NCBI RefSeq assembly: GCF_009914755.1
Contig: NC_060948.1
DNA: 64,000 nt
Source of the DNA: the human T2T-CHM13v2.0 reference genome, Homo sapiens
Strand: one strand, 5' to 3'
Shown: in pieces, positions 47,696 to 64,000 of the stretch
Layout: each line of letters starts with the position of its first letter
Position numbering within the stretch: position 1 is the first letter of the stretch
Program-made: the position numbers and the translations under genes
Notes under the pieces: model-generated
Told to the model about the DNA's origin: nothing
Seen by the model: the letters and a program-made list of their open reading frames with translations, nothing else
Database searches by the model: none

Positions 47696-49800
47696 AGATC
47701 CATATTTTTTAAATGAAAAAAAATTTCAAAGGTACTCTGCTTGGTACAATAATCAAATGTATAAACTGAGGAATAAAACATAACCATGAAACCTACTTAT
47801 AACTGCATATGGAAATTACAGAGGATAATTTTTTAAATAACATATTTTGAAAGCCTTAACTAGTAATTTGAAGAGTTGGCATTTGAAAGGCCAGTATGAA
47901 TATACCTTCAAAGCAGCAACACAGGTTCCCCATGAGAAAAAGCAAACTCAGGGAAAATAAAACCACAAAGGTTCAATCTCTTCTGACCTTTGAAAGACAC
48001 AGCACAGACAGTGGTCCTTAGGACGAAGAGCAGGAGACCCCTAATTCCGTCACCATGGCGATAGGGCATAAACACTGCTGGGTGAGGGCACAATCCACAT
48101 TGTGAGGTCCAACTGCTGCCAGGAAGACAGGAGTGCTTTTACATAGACCGAAAGGTCATTGAAGGCTCAGAGTTTTGTTTCAAGAACTGAATCCCAAGCC
48201 CACACGTTATTAGGCTGCGCTTCTTAAAACAAGTTATGAGATGGGAAAAAGGGCACCCACAAACATACGTATACATTATGTATATAATAATATACAGTAT
48301 CATATATATAATATATATAACCTATGTATAATATTGTTTTACATCCTGCATCTTATATTATATATATTGTGTAAAATATAATAATTGATAATATATAAGT
48401 TTTATATTTATACAATATGACATATAGTATATATTATAATTTATGAGATATATAATATATGTTATATATCATATATAGAATATATTATACGGTTAATATA
48501 CGTATTAAATATAAATTATACATTATATATATTATATATAATATATCTGCTATATATAATACCCATTATGCATAATATATATATTATGTCTATGTTATGT
48601 ATAGTATAAAACAACATATAATAATATATAATTGTATATATAAAATGCGACATATAATATATATTATATTTTATGACATCTGTAATATATATTATATATT
48701 ATATATAATACGTTGTATGTATAATACCTATATTAAATATATATTGTATGACTATGTTATTAATTACATGTCACATATGTTATATATTATATACTTTACA
48801 TAGAATATACCGGTTACATACAATATATACTATGTTACCTATAATGTATAATTTATTACATGTAAAATAATGAATGCAATATATTATGTGTAATTTATAA
48901 TATACAATATGTGGAATGTGATATATATAACGTATAATATATGATATATGATATACAGTATATGATATATAACATACAATATATGATACCTAATATATAT
49001 GGTATACAATATATATTTTATGATATGTATTCTATATGTTTTATATTCTGTTATATATAACTATTTGAAATTATATATAACTGTATAATATTTTATGTAA
49101 ATATGTAATATAATATATATAACTATATAATATATTATATATAACTATATATTATGTTATATATACTTTTATAACTTAATTTACATAAAATATCATAGTA
49201 TAATATATATTATATTACTTCATATTACATAATATATATTACATATCACCCAATATAAGTAACATACATAATATTATAATATACATTATATTATGTTATA
49301 TTAAATATCATATATATCATGTATCATATATTCTATAATATATATTATACGTTATATAATATGCATGTTGTCTATTATGTGATATATATAACTATATATA
49401 TAATTATATTATTATACATATAACTAGATAAACATGAAATTCTACATATTTTCATTTATAATATATAGAATTATATAATCATATATAGTTATTTATATTC
49501 TATAAAATATTATAGCTTTATATAAATTATAATATATAAAAATTATAATATGTACTACAAATATATATATTGTATATCATATATGATATAGTACCTTTGT
49601 TATATATGATAATACATATAAATGTGTATTATGTTATCTATAATTATATAATTTCATATATGAGATGTATAATATTTATTATATATTATATATGTTATGT
49701 AATATATATAGTATATATAAGATGACACAGGATAAATATTATATACTATGACATATAAAATATATGAGGTTATATGTTACATATAAGGCATAGCACATAA

Positions 49801-50115
<315 letters not shown>

Positions 50116-52220
50116 AGATCCATATTTTTTAAATGAAAAAAAATTTCAAAGGTACTCTGCTTGGTACAATAATCAAATGTATAAACTGAGGAATAAAACA
50201 TAACCATGAAACCTACTTGTAACTGCATATGGAAATTACAGAGGATAATTTTTTAAATAACATATTTTGAAAGCCTTAACTAGTAATTTGAAGAGTTGGC
50301 ATTTGAAAGGCCAGTATGAATATACCTTCAAAGCAGCAACACAGGTTCCCCATGAGAAAAAGCAAACTCAGGGAAAATAAAACCACAAAGGTTCAATCTC
50401 TTCTGACCTTTGAAAGACACAGCACCGACAGTGGTCCTTAGGACGAAGAGCAGGAGACCCCTAATTCCGTCACCATGGCGATAGGGCATAAACACTGCTG
50501 GGTGAGGGCACAATCCACATTGTGAGGTCCAACTGCTGCCAGGAAGACAGGAGTGCTTTTACATAGACCGAAAGGTCATTGAAGGCTCAGAGTTTTGTTT
50601 CAAGAACTGAATCCCAAGCCCACACGTTATTAGGCTGCGCTTCTTAAAACAAGTTATGAGATGGGAAAAAGGGCACCCACAAACATACGTATACATTATG
50701 TATATAATAATATACAGTATCATATATATAATATATATAACCTATGTATAATATTGTTTTACATCCTGCATCTTATATTATATATATTGTGTAAAATATA
50801 ATAATTGATAATATATAAGTTTTATATTTATACAATATGACATATAGTATATATTATAATTTATGAGATATATAATATATGTTATATATCATATATAGAA
50901 TATATTATACGGTTAATATACGTATTAAATATAAATTAGACATTATATATATTATATATAATATATCTGCTATATATAATACCCATTATGCTTAATATAT
51001 ATATTATGTCTATGTTATGTATAGTATAAAACAACATATAATAATATATAATTGTATATATAAAATGCGACATATAATATATATTATATTTTATGACATC
51101 TGTAATATATATTATATATTATATATAATACGTTGTATGTATAATACCTATATTAAATATATATTGTATGACTATGTTATTAATTACATGTCACATATGT
51201 TATATATTATATACTTTACATAGAATATACCGGTTACATACAATATATACTATGTTACCTATAATGTATAATTTATTACATGTAAAATAATGAATGCAAT
51301 ATATTATGTGTAATTTATAATATACAATATGTGGAATGTGATATATATAACGTATAATATATGATATATGATATACAGTATATGATATATAACATACAAT
51401 ATATGATACCTAATATATATGGTATACAATATATATTTTATGATATGTATTCTATATGTTTTATATTCTGTTATATATAACTATTTGAAATTATATATAA
51501 CTGTATAATATTTTATGTAAATATGTAATATAATATATATAACTATATAATATATTATATATAACTATATATTATGTTATATATACTTTTATAACTTAAT
51601 TTACATAAAATATCATAGTATAATATATATTATATTACTTCATATTACATAATATATATTACATATCACCCAATATAAGTAACATACATAATATTATAAT
51701 ATACATTATATTATGTTATATTAAATATCATATATATCATGTATCATATATTCTATAATATATATTATACGTTATATAATATGCATGTTGTCTATTATGT
51801 GATATATATAACTATATATATAATTATATTATTATACATATAACTAGATAAACATGAAATTCTACATATTTTCATTTATAATATATAGAATTATATAATC
51901 ATATATAGTTATTTATATTCTATAAAATATTATAGCTTTATATAAATTATAATATATAAAAATTATAATATGTACTACAAATATATATATTGTATATCAT
52001 ATATGATATAGTACCTTTGTTATATATGATAATACATATAAATGTGTATTATGTTATCTATAATTATATAATTTCATATATAAGATGTATAATATTTATT
52101 ATATATTATATATGTTATGTAATATATATAGTATATATAAGATGACACAGGATAAATATTATATACTATGACATATAAAATATATGAGGTTATATGTTAC
52201 ATATAAGGCATAGCACATAA

Positions 52221-52535
<315 letters not shown>

Positions 52536-54640
52536 AGATCCATATTTTTTAAATGAAAAACAATTTCAAAGGTACTCTGCTTGGTACAATAATCAAATGT
52601 ATAAACTGAGGAATAAAACATAACCATGAAACCTACTTATAACTGCATATGGAAAATACAGAGGATAATTTTTTAAATCACATATTTTGAAAGCCTTAAC
52701 TAGTAATTTGAAGAGTTGGCATTTGAAAGGCCAGTATGAATATACCTTCAAAGCAGCAACACAGGTTCCCCATGAGAAAAAGCAAACTCAGGGAAAATAA
52801 AACCACAAAGGTTCAATCTCTTCTGACCTTTGAAAGACACAGCACAGACAGTGGTCCTTAGGACGAAGAGCAGGAGACCCCTAATTCCGTCACCATGGCG
52901 ATAGGGCATAAACACTGCTGGGTGAGGGCACAAGCCACATTGTGAGGTCCAACTGCTGCCAGGAAGACAGGAGTGCTTTTACATAGACCGAAAGGTCATT
53001 GAAGGCTCAGAGTTTTGTTTCAAGAACTGAATCCCAAGCCCACACGTTATTAGGCTGCGCTTCTTAAAACAAGTTATGAGATGGGAAAAAGGGCACCCAC
53101 AAACATACGTATACATTATGTATATAATAATATACAGTATCATATATATAATATATATAACCTATGTATAATATTGTTTTACATCCTGCATCTTATATTA
53201 TATATATTGTGTAAAATATAATAATTGATAATATATAAGTTTTATATTTATACAATATGACATATAGTATATATTATAATTTATGACATATATAATATAT
53301 GTTATATATCATATATAGAATATATTATACGGTTAATATACGTATTAAATATAAATTATACATTATATATATTATATATAATATATCTGCTATATATAAT
53401 ACCCATTATGCATAATATATATATTATGTCTATGTTATGTATAGTATAAAACAACATATAATAATATATAATTGTATATATAAAATGCGACATATAATAT
53501 ATATTATATTTTATGACATCTGTAATATATATTATATATTATATATAATACGTTGTATGTATAATACCTATATTAAATATATATTATATGACTATGTTAT
53601 TAATTACATGTCACATATGTTATATATTATATATTTTACATAGAATATACCGGTTACATACAATATATACTATGTTACCTATAATGTATAATTTATTACA
53701 TGTAAAATAAAGAATGCAATATATTATGTGTAATTTATAATATACAATATGTGGAATGTGATATATATAACATATAATATATGATATATGATATACAGTA
53801 TATGATATATAACATACAATATATGATACCTAATATATATGGTATACAATATATATTTTATGATATGTATTCTATATGTTTTATATTCTGTTATATATAA
53901 CTGTTTGAAATTATATATAACTGTATAATATTTTATGTAAATATGTAATATAATATATATAACTATATAATATATTATATATAACTATATATTATGTTAT
54001 ATATACTTTTATAACTTAATTTACATAAAATATCATAGTATAATATATATTATATTACTTCATATTACATAATATGTATTACATATCACCCAATATAAGT
54101 AACATACATAATATTATAATATACATTATATTATGTTATATTAAATATCATATATATCATGTATCATATATTCTATAATATATATTATACATTATATAAT
54201 ATGCATGTTGTCTATTATGTGATATATATAACTATATATATAATTATATTATTATACATATATCTAGATAAACATGTAATTCTACATATTTTCATTTATA
54301 ATATATAGAATTACATAATCATATATATTTATTTATATTCTATAAAAAATTATATCATTATATAAATTATAATATATAAAAATTATAATATGTACTACAA
54401 ATATATATATTATATATCATCTATGATATAGTACCTTTGTTATATATCATAATACATATAAATGTGTATTATGTTATCTATAATTATATAATTTCATGTA
54501 TAAGATGTATAATATTTATTATATATTATATATGTTATGTAATATATATAGTATATATAAGATGACACAGGATAAATATTATATACTATGACATATAAAA
54601 TATATGAGGTTATATGTTACATATAAGGCATAGCACATAA

Positions 54641-54955
<315 letters not shown>

Positions 54956-57083
54956 AGATCCATATTTTTTAAATGAAAAACAATTTCAAAGGTACTCTGC
55001 TTGGTACAATAATCAAATGTATAAACTGAGGAATAAAACATAACCATGAAACCTACTTATAACTGCATATGGAAAATACAGAGGATAATTTTTTAAATAA
55101 CATATTTTGAAAGCCTTAACTAGTAATTTGAAGAGTTGGCATTTGAAAGGCCAGTATGAATATACCTTCAAAGCAGCAACACAGGTTCCCCATGAGAAAA
55201 AGCAAACTCAGGGAAAATAAAACCACAAAGGTCCAATCTCTTCTGACCTTTGAAAGACACAGCACAGACAGTGGTCCTTAGGACGAAGAGCAGGAGACCC
55301 CTAATTCCGTCACCATGGCGATAGGGCATAAACACTGCTGGGTGAGGGCACAATCCACATTGTGAGGTCCAACTGCTGCCAGGAAGACAGGAGTGCTTTT
55401 ACATAGACCGAAAGGTCATTGAAGGCTCAGAGTTTTGTTTCAAGAACTGAATCCCAAGCCCACACGTTATTAGGCTGCGCTTCTTAAAACAAGTTATGAG
55501 ATGGGAAAAAGGGCACCCACAAACATACGTATACATTATGTATATAATAATATACAGTATCATATATATAATATATATAACCTATGTATAATATTGTTTT
55601 ACATCCTGCATCTTATATTATATATATTGTGTAAAATATAATAATTGATAATATATAAGTTTTATATTTATACAATATGACATATAGTATATATTATAAT
55701 TTATGACATATATAATATATGTTATATATCATATATAGAATATATTATACGGTTAATATACGTATTAAATATAAATTATACATTATATATATTATATATA
55801 ATATATCTGCTATATATAATACCCATTATGCATAATATATATATTATGTCTATGTTATGTATAGTATAAAACAACATATAATAATATATAATTGTATATA
55901 TAAAATGCGACATATAATATATATTATATTTTATGACATCTGTAATATATATTATATATTATACATAATACGTTGTATGTATAATACCTATATTAAATAT
56001 ATATTATATGACTATGTTATTAATTACATGTCACATATGTTATATATTATATATTTTACATAGAATATACCGGTTACATACAATATATACTATGTTACCT
56101 ATAATGTATAATTTATTACATGCAAAATTAGGAATGCAATATATTATGTGTAATTTATAATATACAATATGTGGAATGTGATATATATAACATATAATAT
56201 ATGATACATGATATACAGTATATGATATATAACATACAATATATGATACCTAATATATATGGTATACAATATATATTTAATGATATGTATTCTATATGTT
56301 TTATATTCTGTTATATATAACTATTTGAAATTATATATAACTGTATAATATTTTATGTAAATATGTAATATAATATATATAACTATATAATATATTATAT
56401 ATAACTATATATTATGTTATATATACTTTTATAACTTAATTTACATAAAATATCATAGTATAATATATATTATATTACTTCATATTACATAATATATATT
56501 ACATATCACCCAATATAAGTAACATACATAATATTATAATATACATTATATTATGTTATATTAAATATCATATATATCATGTATCATATATTCTATAATA
56601 TACATTATACATTATATAATATGCATGTTGTCTATTATGTGATATATATAACTATATATATAATTATATTATTATACATATATCTAGATAAACATGTAAT
56701 TCTACATATTTTCATTTATAATATATAGAATTACATAATCATATATAATTATTTATATTCTATAAAAAATTATATCATTATATAAATTATAATATATAAA
56801 AATTATAATATGTACTACAAATATATATATTATATATCATATATGATATAGTACCTTTGTTATATATGATAATACATATAAATGTGTATTATGTTATCTA
56901 TAATTATATAATTTCATATATAAGATGTATAATATTTATTATATATTATATATGTTATGTAATATATATAGTATATATAAGATGACACAGGATAAATATT
57001 ATATACTATGACATATAAAATATATGAGGTTATATGTTACATATAAGGCATAGCACATAACATGTAATATATATCATCTATAA

Positions 57084-57375
<292 letters not shown>

Positions 57376-59475
57376 AGATCCATATTTTGTAAATGAAAAA
57401 AAATTTCAAAGGTACTCTGCTTGGTACAATAATCAAATGTATAAACTGAGGAATAAAACATAACCATGAAACCTACTTATAACTGCATATGGAAAATACA
57501 GAGGATAATTTTTTAAATAACATATTTTGAAAGCCTTAACTAGTAATTTGAAGAGTTGGCATTTGAAAGGCCAGTATGAATATACCTTCAAAGCAGCAAC
57601 ACAGGTTCCCCATGAGAAAAAGCAAACTCAGGGAAAATAAAACCACAAAGGTTCAATCTCTTCTGACCTTTGAAAGACACAGCACAGACAGTGGTCCTTA
57701 GGACGAAGAGCAGGAGACCCCTAATTCCGTCACCATGGCGATAGGGCATAAACACTGCTGGGTGAGGGCACAATCCACATTGTGAGGTCCAACTGCTGCC
57801 AGGAAGACAGGAGTGCTTTTACATAGACCGAAAGGTCATTGAAGGCTCAGAGTTTTGTTTCAAGAACTGAATCCCAAGCCCACACGTTATTAGGCTGCGC
57901 TTCTTAAAACAAGTTATGAGATGGGAAAAAGGGCACCCACAAACATACGTATACATTATGTATATAATATTATACAGTATCATATATATAATATATATAA
58001 CCTATGTATAATATTGTTTTACATCCTGCATCTTATATTATATATATTGTATAAAATATAATTATTGATAATATATAAATTTTATATTTATACAATATGA
58101 CATATAGTATATATTATAATTTATGACATATATAATATATGTTATATATCATATATAGAATATATTATACGGTTAATATACGTATTAAATATAAATTATA
58201 CATTATATATATTATATATAATATTTCTGTTATATATAATACCCATTATGCATAATATATATATTATGTGTATGTTATATATAGTATAAAACAACATATA
58301 AGATATAATTGTATATATAAAATGCGACATATAATATATATTATATTTTATGACATATGTTATAAATATTATATATTATATATAATACGTTGTATGTATA
58401 ATACCTATATTAAATATATATTTTATGACTATGTTATTAATTAAATGTCACATATGTTATATATTATATATTTTACATAGAATATACCGGTTACATACAA
58501 TATATACTATGTTACCTATAATGTATAATATATTACATGTAAAATAAAGAATGCAATATATTATGTATAATTTATAATATACAATATGTGGAATGTGATA
58601 TATATAACATATAATATATGATATATGATATACAGTATATGATATATAACATACAATATATGATACCTAATATATATGGTATACAATATATATTTTATGA
58701 TATGTATTCTATATGTTTTATATTCTGTTATATATAACTATTTGAAATTATATATAACTGTATAATATTTTATGTAAATATGTAATATAATATATAACTA
58801 TGTAATATATTATATATAACTATATATTATGTTATATATACTTTTATAACATAATTTACATAAAATATCATAATATAATATATATTATATTATTTCATAT
58901 TACATAATATATATTACATATCACCCAATATAAGTAACATACATAATATTATAATATAGATTATATTATGTTATATTAAATATCATATATATCATGTATC
59001 ATATATTCTATAATATATATTATACATTATATAATATGTATGTTGTCTATTATGTGATATATATAACTATATATATAATTATATTATTATACATATAACT
59101 AGATAAACATGTAATTCTACATATTTTCATTTATAATATATAGAATTATATAATCATATATAGTTATTTATATTCTATAAAAAATTATAGCTTTATATAA
59201 ATTATAATATATAAAAATTATAATATGTACTACAAATATATATATTGTATATCATATATGATATAGTACCTTTGTTATATATGATAATACATATAAATGT
59301 GTATTATGTTATCTATAATTATATAATTTTATATATAAGATGTATAATATTTATTATATATTATATATGTTATGTAATATATATAGTATATATAAGATGA
59401 CACAGGATAAATATTATATACTATGACATATAAAATATATGAGGTTATATGTTACATATAAGGCATAGCACATAA

Positions 59476-59790
<315 letters not shown>

Positions 59791-61916
59791 AGATCCATAT
59801 TTTTTAAATGAAAAAAAAATTTCAAAGGTACTCTGCTTGGTACAATAATCAAATGTATAAACTGAGGAATAAAACATAACCATGAAACCTACTTATAACT
59901 GCATATGGAAAATACAGAGGATAATTTTTTAAATAACATATTTTGAAAGCCTTAACTAGTAATTTGAAGAGTTGGCATTTGAAAGGCCAGTATGAATATA
60001 CCTTCAAAGCAGCAACACAGGTTCCCCATGAGAAAAAGCAAACTCAGGGAAAATAAAACCACAAAGGTTCAATCTCTTCTGACCTTTGAAAGACACAGCA
60101 CAGACAGTGTTCCTTAGGACGAAGAGCAGGAGACCCCTAATTCCGTCACCATGGCGATAGGGCATAAACACTGCTGGGTGAGGGCACAATCCACATTGTG
60201 AGGTCCAACTGCTGCCAGGAAGACAGGAGTGCTTTTACATAGACCGAAAGGTCATTGAAGGCTCAGAGTTTTGTTTCAAGAACTGAATCCCAAGCCCACA
60301 CTTTATTAGGCTGCGCTTCTTAAAACAAGTTATGAGATGGGAAAAAGGGCACCCACAAACATACGTATACATTATGTATATAATAATATACAGTATCATA
60401 TATATAATATATATAACCTATGTATAATATTGTTTTACATCCTGCATCTTATATTATATATATTGTGTAAAATATAATAATTGATAATATATAAGTTTTA
60501 TATTTATACAATATGACATATAGTATATATTATAATTTATGACATATATAATATATGTTATATATCATATATAGAATATATTATACGGTTAATATACGTA
60601 TTAAATATAAATTATACATTATATATATTATATATAATATATCTGCTATATATAATACCCATTATGCATAATATATATATTATGTCTATGTTATGTATAG
60701 TATAAAACAACATATAATAATATATAATTGTATATATAAAATGCGACATATAATATATATTATATTTTATGACATCTGTAATATATATTATATATTATAC
60801 ATAATACGTTGTATGTATAATACCTATATTAAATATATATTATATGACTATGTTATTAATTACATGTCACATATGTTATATATTATATATTTTACATAGA
60901 ATATACCGGTTACATACAATATATACTATGTTACCTATAATGTATAATTTATTACATGCAAAATTAGGAATGCAATATATTATGTATAATTTATAATATA
61001 CAATATGTGGAATGTGATATATATAACATATAATATATGATATATGATATACAGTATATGATATATAACATACAATATATGATACCTAATATATATGGTA
61101 TACAATATATATTTATGATATGTATTCTATATGTTTTATATTCTGTTATATATAAATGTTTGAAATTATATATAAGTGTATAATATTTTATGTAAATATG
61201 TAATATAATATATATAACTATATAATATATTATATATAACTATATATTATGTTATATATACTTTTATAACATAATTTACATAAAATATCATAATATAATA
61301 TATACTATATTATTTCATATTACATAATATATATTACATATCAACCAATATAAGTAACATATATAATATTATAATATAGATTATATTATGTTATATTAAA
61401 TATCATATATATCATGTATCATATATTCTATAATATATATTACACATTATATAATATGTATGTTGTCTATTATGTGATATATATAACTATATATATAATT
61501 ATATTATTATACATATAACTAGATAAACATGTAATTCTACATATTTTCATTTCTAATATATAGAATTATATAATCATATATAATTATTTATATTCCATAA
61601 AAAATTATATCATTATAAATTATAATATATAAAAATTATAATATGTACTACAAATATATATATTATATATCATATATGATATAGTACCTTTGTTATATAT
61701 CATAATACATATAAATGTGTATTATGTTATCTATAATTATATAATTTCATATATAAGATGTATAATATGTGTTATATATTATATATGTTATGTAATATAT
61801 ATAGTATATATAAGCTGACACAGCATAAATATTATATACTATGACATATCAAATATATGAGGTTATATGTTACATATAAGGCATACCACATAACATGTAA
61901 TATATATCATCTATAA

Positions 61917-62208
61917 TTTTTTTTTAGACAGAGTCTTGTCCTGTTGCACAGGGTGGAGTACAATGGCGCCATCTTTGCTCACTGCAACATCTGCCCCACG
62001 GGTCCAAGTGATTGTCCTCCCTCAGCCTCCCAGGTAGCTGGGACTACACCACACTGGGACTACACCAGCTGCCACCATGCCTAGCTAATTTTTTGGATTT
62101 TTAGTAGTGACAGCGTTTCACTGTATTGGCCAGGATGGTCTTGATCTCTTCACCTTGTGATCCCCTTGCCTTGGCCTCCAAATTTGCTGGGATTACAGGC
62201 CTGAGCCA
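61917..62208 (-). mobile_element. Alu within DYZ2 (copy 13)
   Basis: Near-identical to copy 1. Confidence 0.95.
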
Positions 62209-64000
62209 AGATCCATATTTTTTAAATGAAAAAAAATTTCAAAGTTACTCTGCTTGGTACAATAATCAAATGTATAAACTGAGGAATAAAACATAACCGT
62301 GAAACATACTTATAACTGCATATGGAAAATACAGAGGATAATTTTTTAAATAACATATTTTGAAAGCCTTAACTAGTAATTTGAAGAGTTGGCATTTGAA
62401 AGGCCCGTATGAATATACCTCCAAAGCAGCAACACAGGTTCCCCATGAGAAAAAACAGACTCAGGGAAAATAAAACCAAAAAGGTTCAATCTCTTCTGAC
62501 CTTTGAAAGACACAGCACAGACAGTGGTCCTTAGGACGAAGAGCAGGAGACCCCTAATTCCGTCACCATGGCGATAGGGCATAAACATTGCTGGGTGAGG
62601 GCACAATCCACATTGTGAGGTCCAACTGCTGCCAGGAAGACAGGAGTGCTTTTACATAGACCGAAAGGTCATTGAAGGCTCAGAGTTTTGTTTCAAGAAC
62701 TGAATCCCAAGCCCACACGTTATTAGGCTGCGCTTCTTAAAACAAGTTATGAGATGGGAAAAAGGGCACCCACAAACATACGTATACATTATGTATATAA
62801 TAATATACAGTATCATATATATAATATATATAACCTATGTATAATATTGTTTTACATCCTGCATCTTATATTATATATATTGTGTAAAATATAATAATTG
62901 ATAATATATAAGTTTTATATTTATACAATATGACATATAGTATATATTATAATTTATGACATATATTATGTATGTTATATATCATATATAGAATATATTA
63001 TACGGTTAATCTACGTATTAAATATGAATTATACATTATATATATTATATATAATATATCTGTTATACATAATACTCATTATGCATAATATATATATTAT
63101 GTCTATGTTATATATAGTATAAAACAACATATAATAATATGTAATTGTATATATAAAATGCGACATATAATATATATTATATTTTATAACATATGTAATA
63201 TATATTATATATTATATATAATACGTTGTATGTATAATACCTATATTAAATATATATTATATGACTATGTTATTAATTACATGTCACATGTGTTATATAT
63301 TATATATTTTACATAGAATATAGCGGTTACATACTATATATACTATGTTACCTATAATGTATAATTTATTACATGTAAAATAAAGAATTCAATATATTAT
63401 GTATAATTTATAATATACAATCTGTGGAATGTGATATATATAACATATAATATATGATATATGATATACAGTATATGATATATAACATACAATATATGAT
63501 TCCTAATATATATGGTATACAATATATATTTTATGATATGTATTCTATATGTTTTATATTCTGTTATATATAACTATTTGAAATTATATATAACTGTATA
63601 ATATTTTATGTAAATATGTAATATAATATATATAAAAATATAATATATTATATATAACTATATATTATGTTATATATACTTTTATAACATAATTTACATA
63701 AAATATCATAATATAATATATATTATATTATTTCATATTACATAATATATATTACATATCACCCAATATAAGTAACATACATAATATTATAATATGGATT
63801 ATATTATGTTATATTAAATATCATATATATCATGTATCATATATTCTATAATATATATTATACATTATATAATATGTATGTTGTCTATTATGTGATATAT
63901 ATAACTATATATATAATTATATTATTATACATATAACTAGATAAACATGTAATTCTACATATTTTCATTTATAATATACAGAATTATATAATCATATATA

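Overview
Eukaryotic satellite DNA, not a gene-bearing or prokaryotic region. It matches human Y-chromosome Yq12 heterochromatin. Positions 1-32140 are a DYZ1/HSat3 array: degenerate (GGAAT)n organised into ~3.55-kb units, each with one conserved HaeIII/StuI site. After an abrupt junction, 32141-64000 is a DYZ2/HSat1B array of ~2.42-kb composite units (minus-strand Alu, ~570-bp HSATI segment, ~1.56-kb AT-rich block), with 13 Alu copies. All ORFs in the track look like repeat artefacts. I cannot support a new gene system. The notable signals are structural or regulatory: 2-3 perfect heat-shock elements per DYZ1 unit, an out-of-register 2959-bp tandem duplication, unit lengths quantised in 5-bp steps, a junction DYZ2 unit with a ~768-bp deletion, edge-versus-centre variant layering and a nascent dimer in DYZ2, and an Alu with AluSc-like diagnostics. 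Coordinates were counted by eye and may be off by a few bases.
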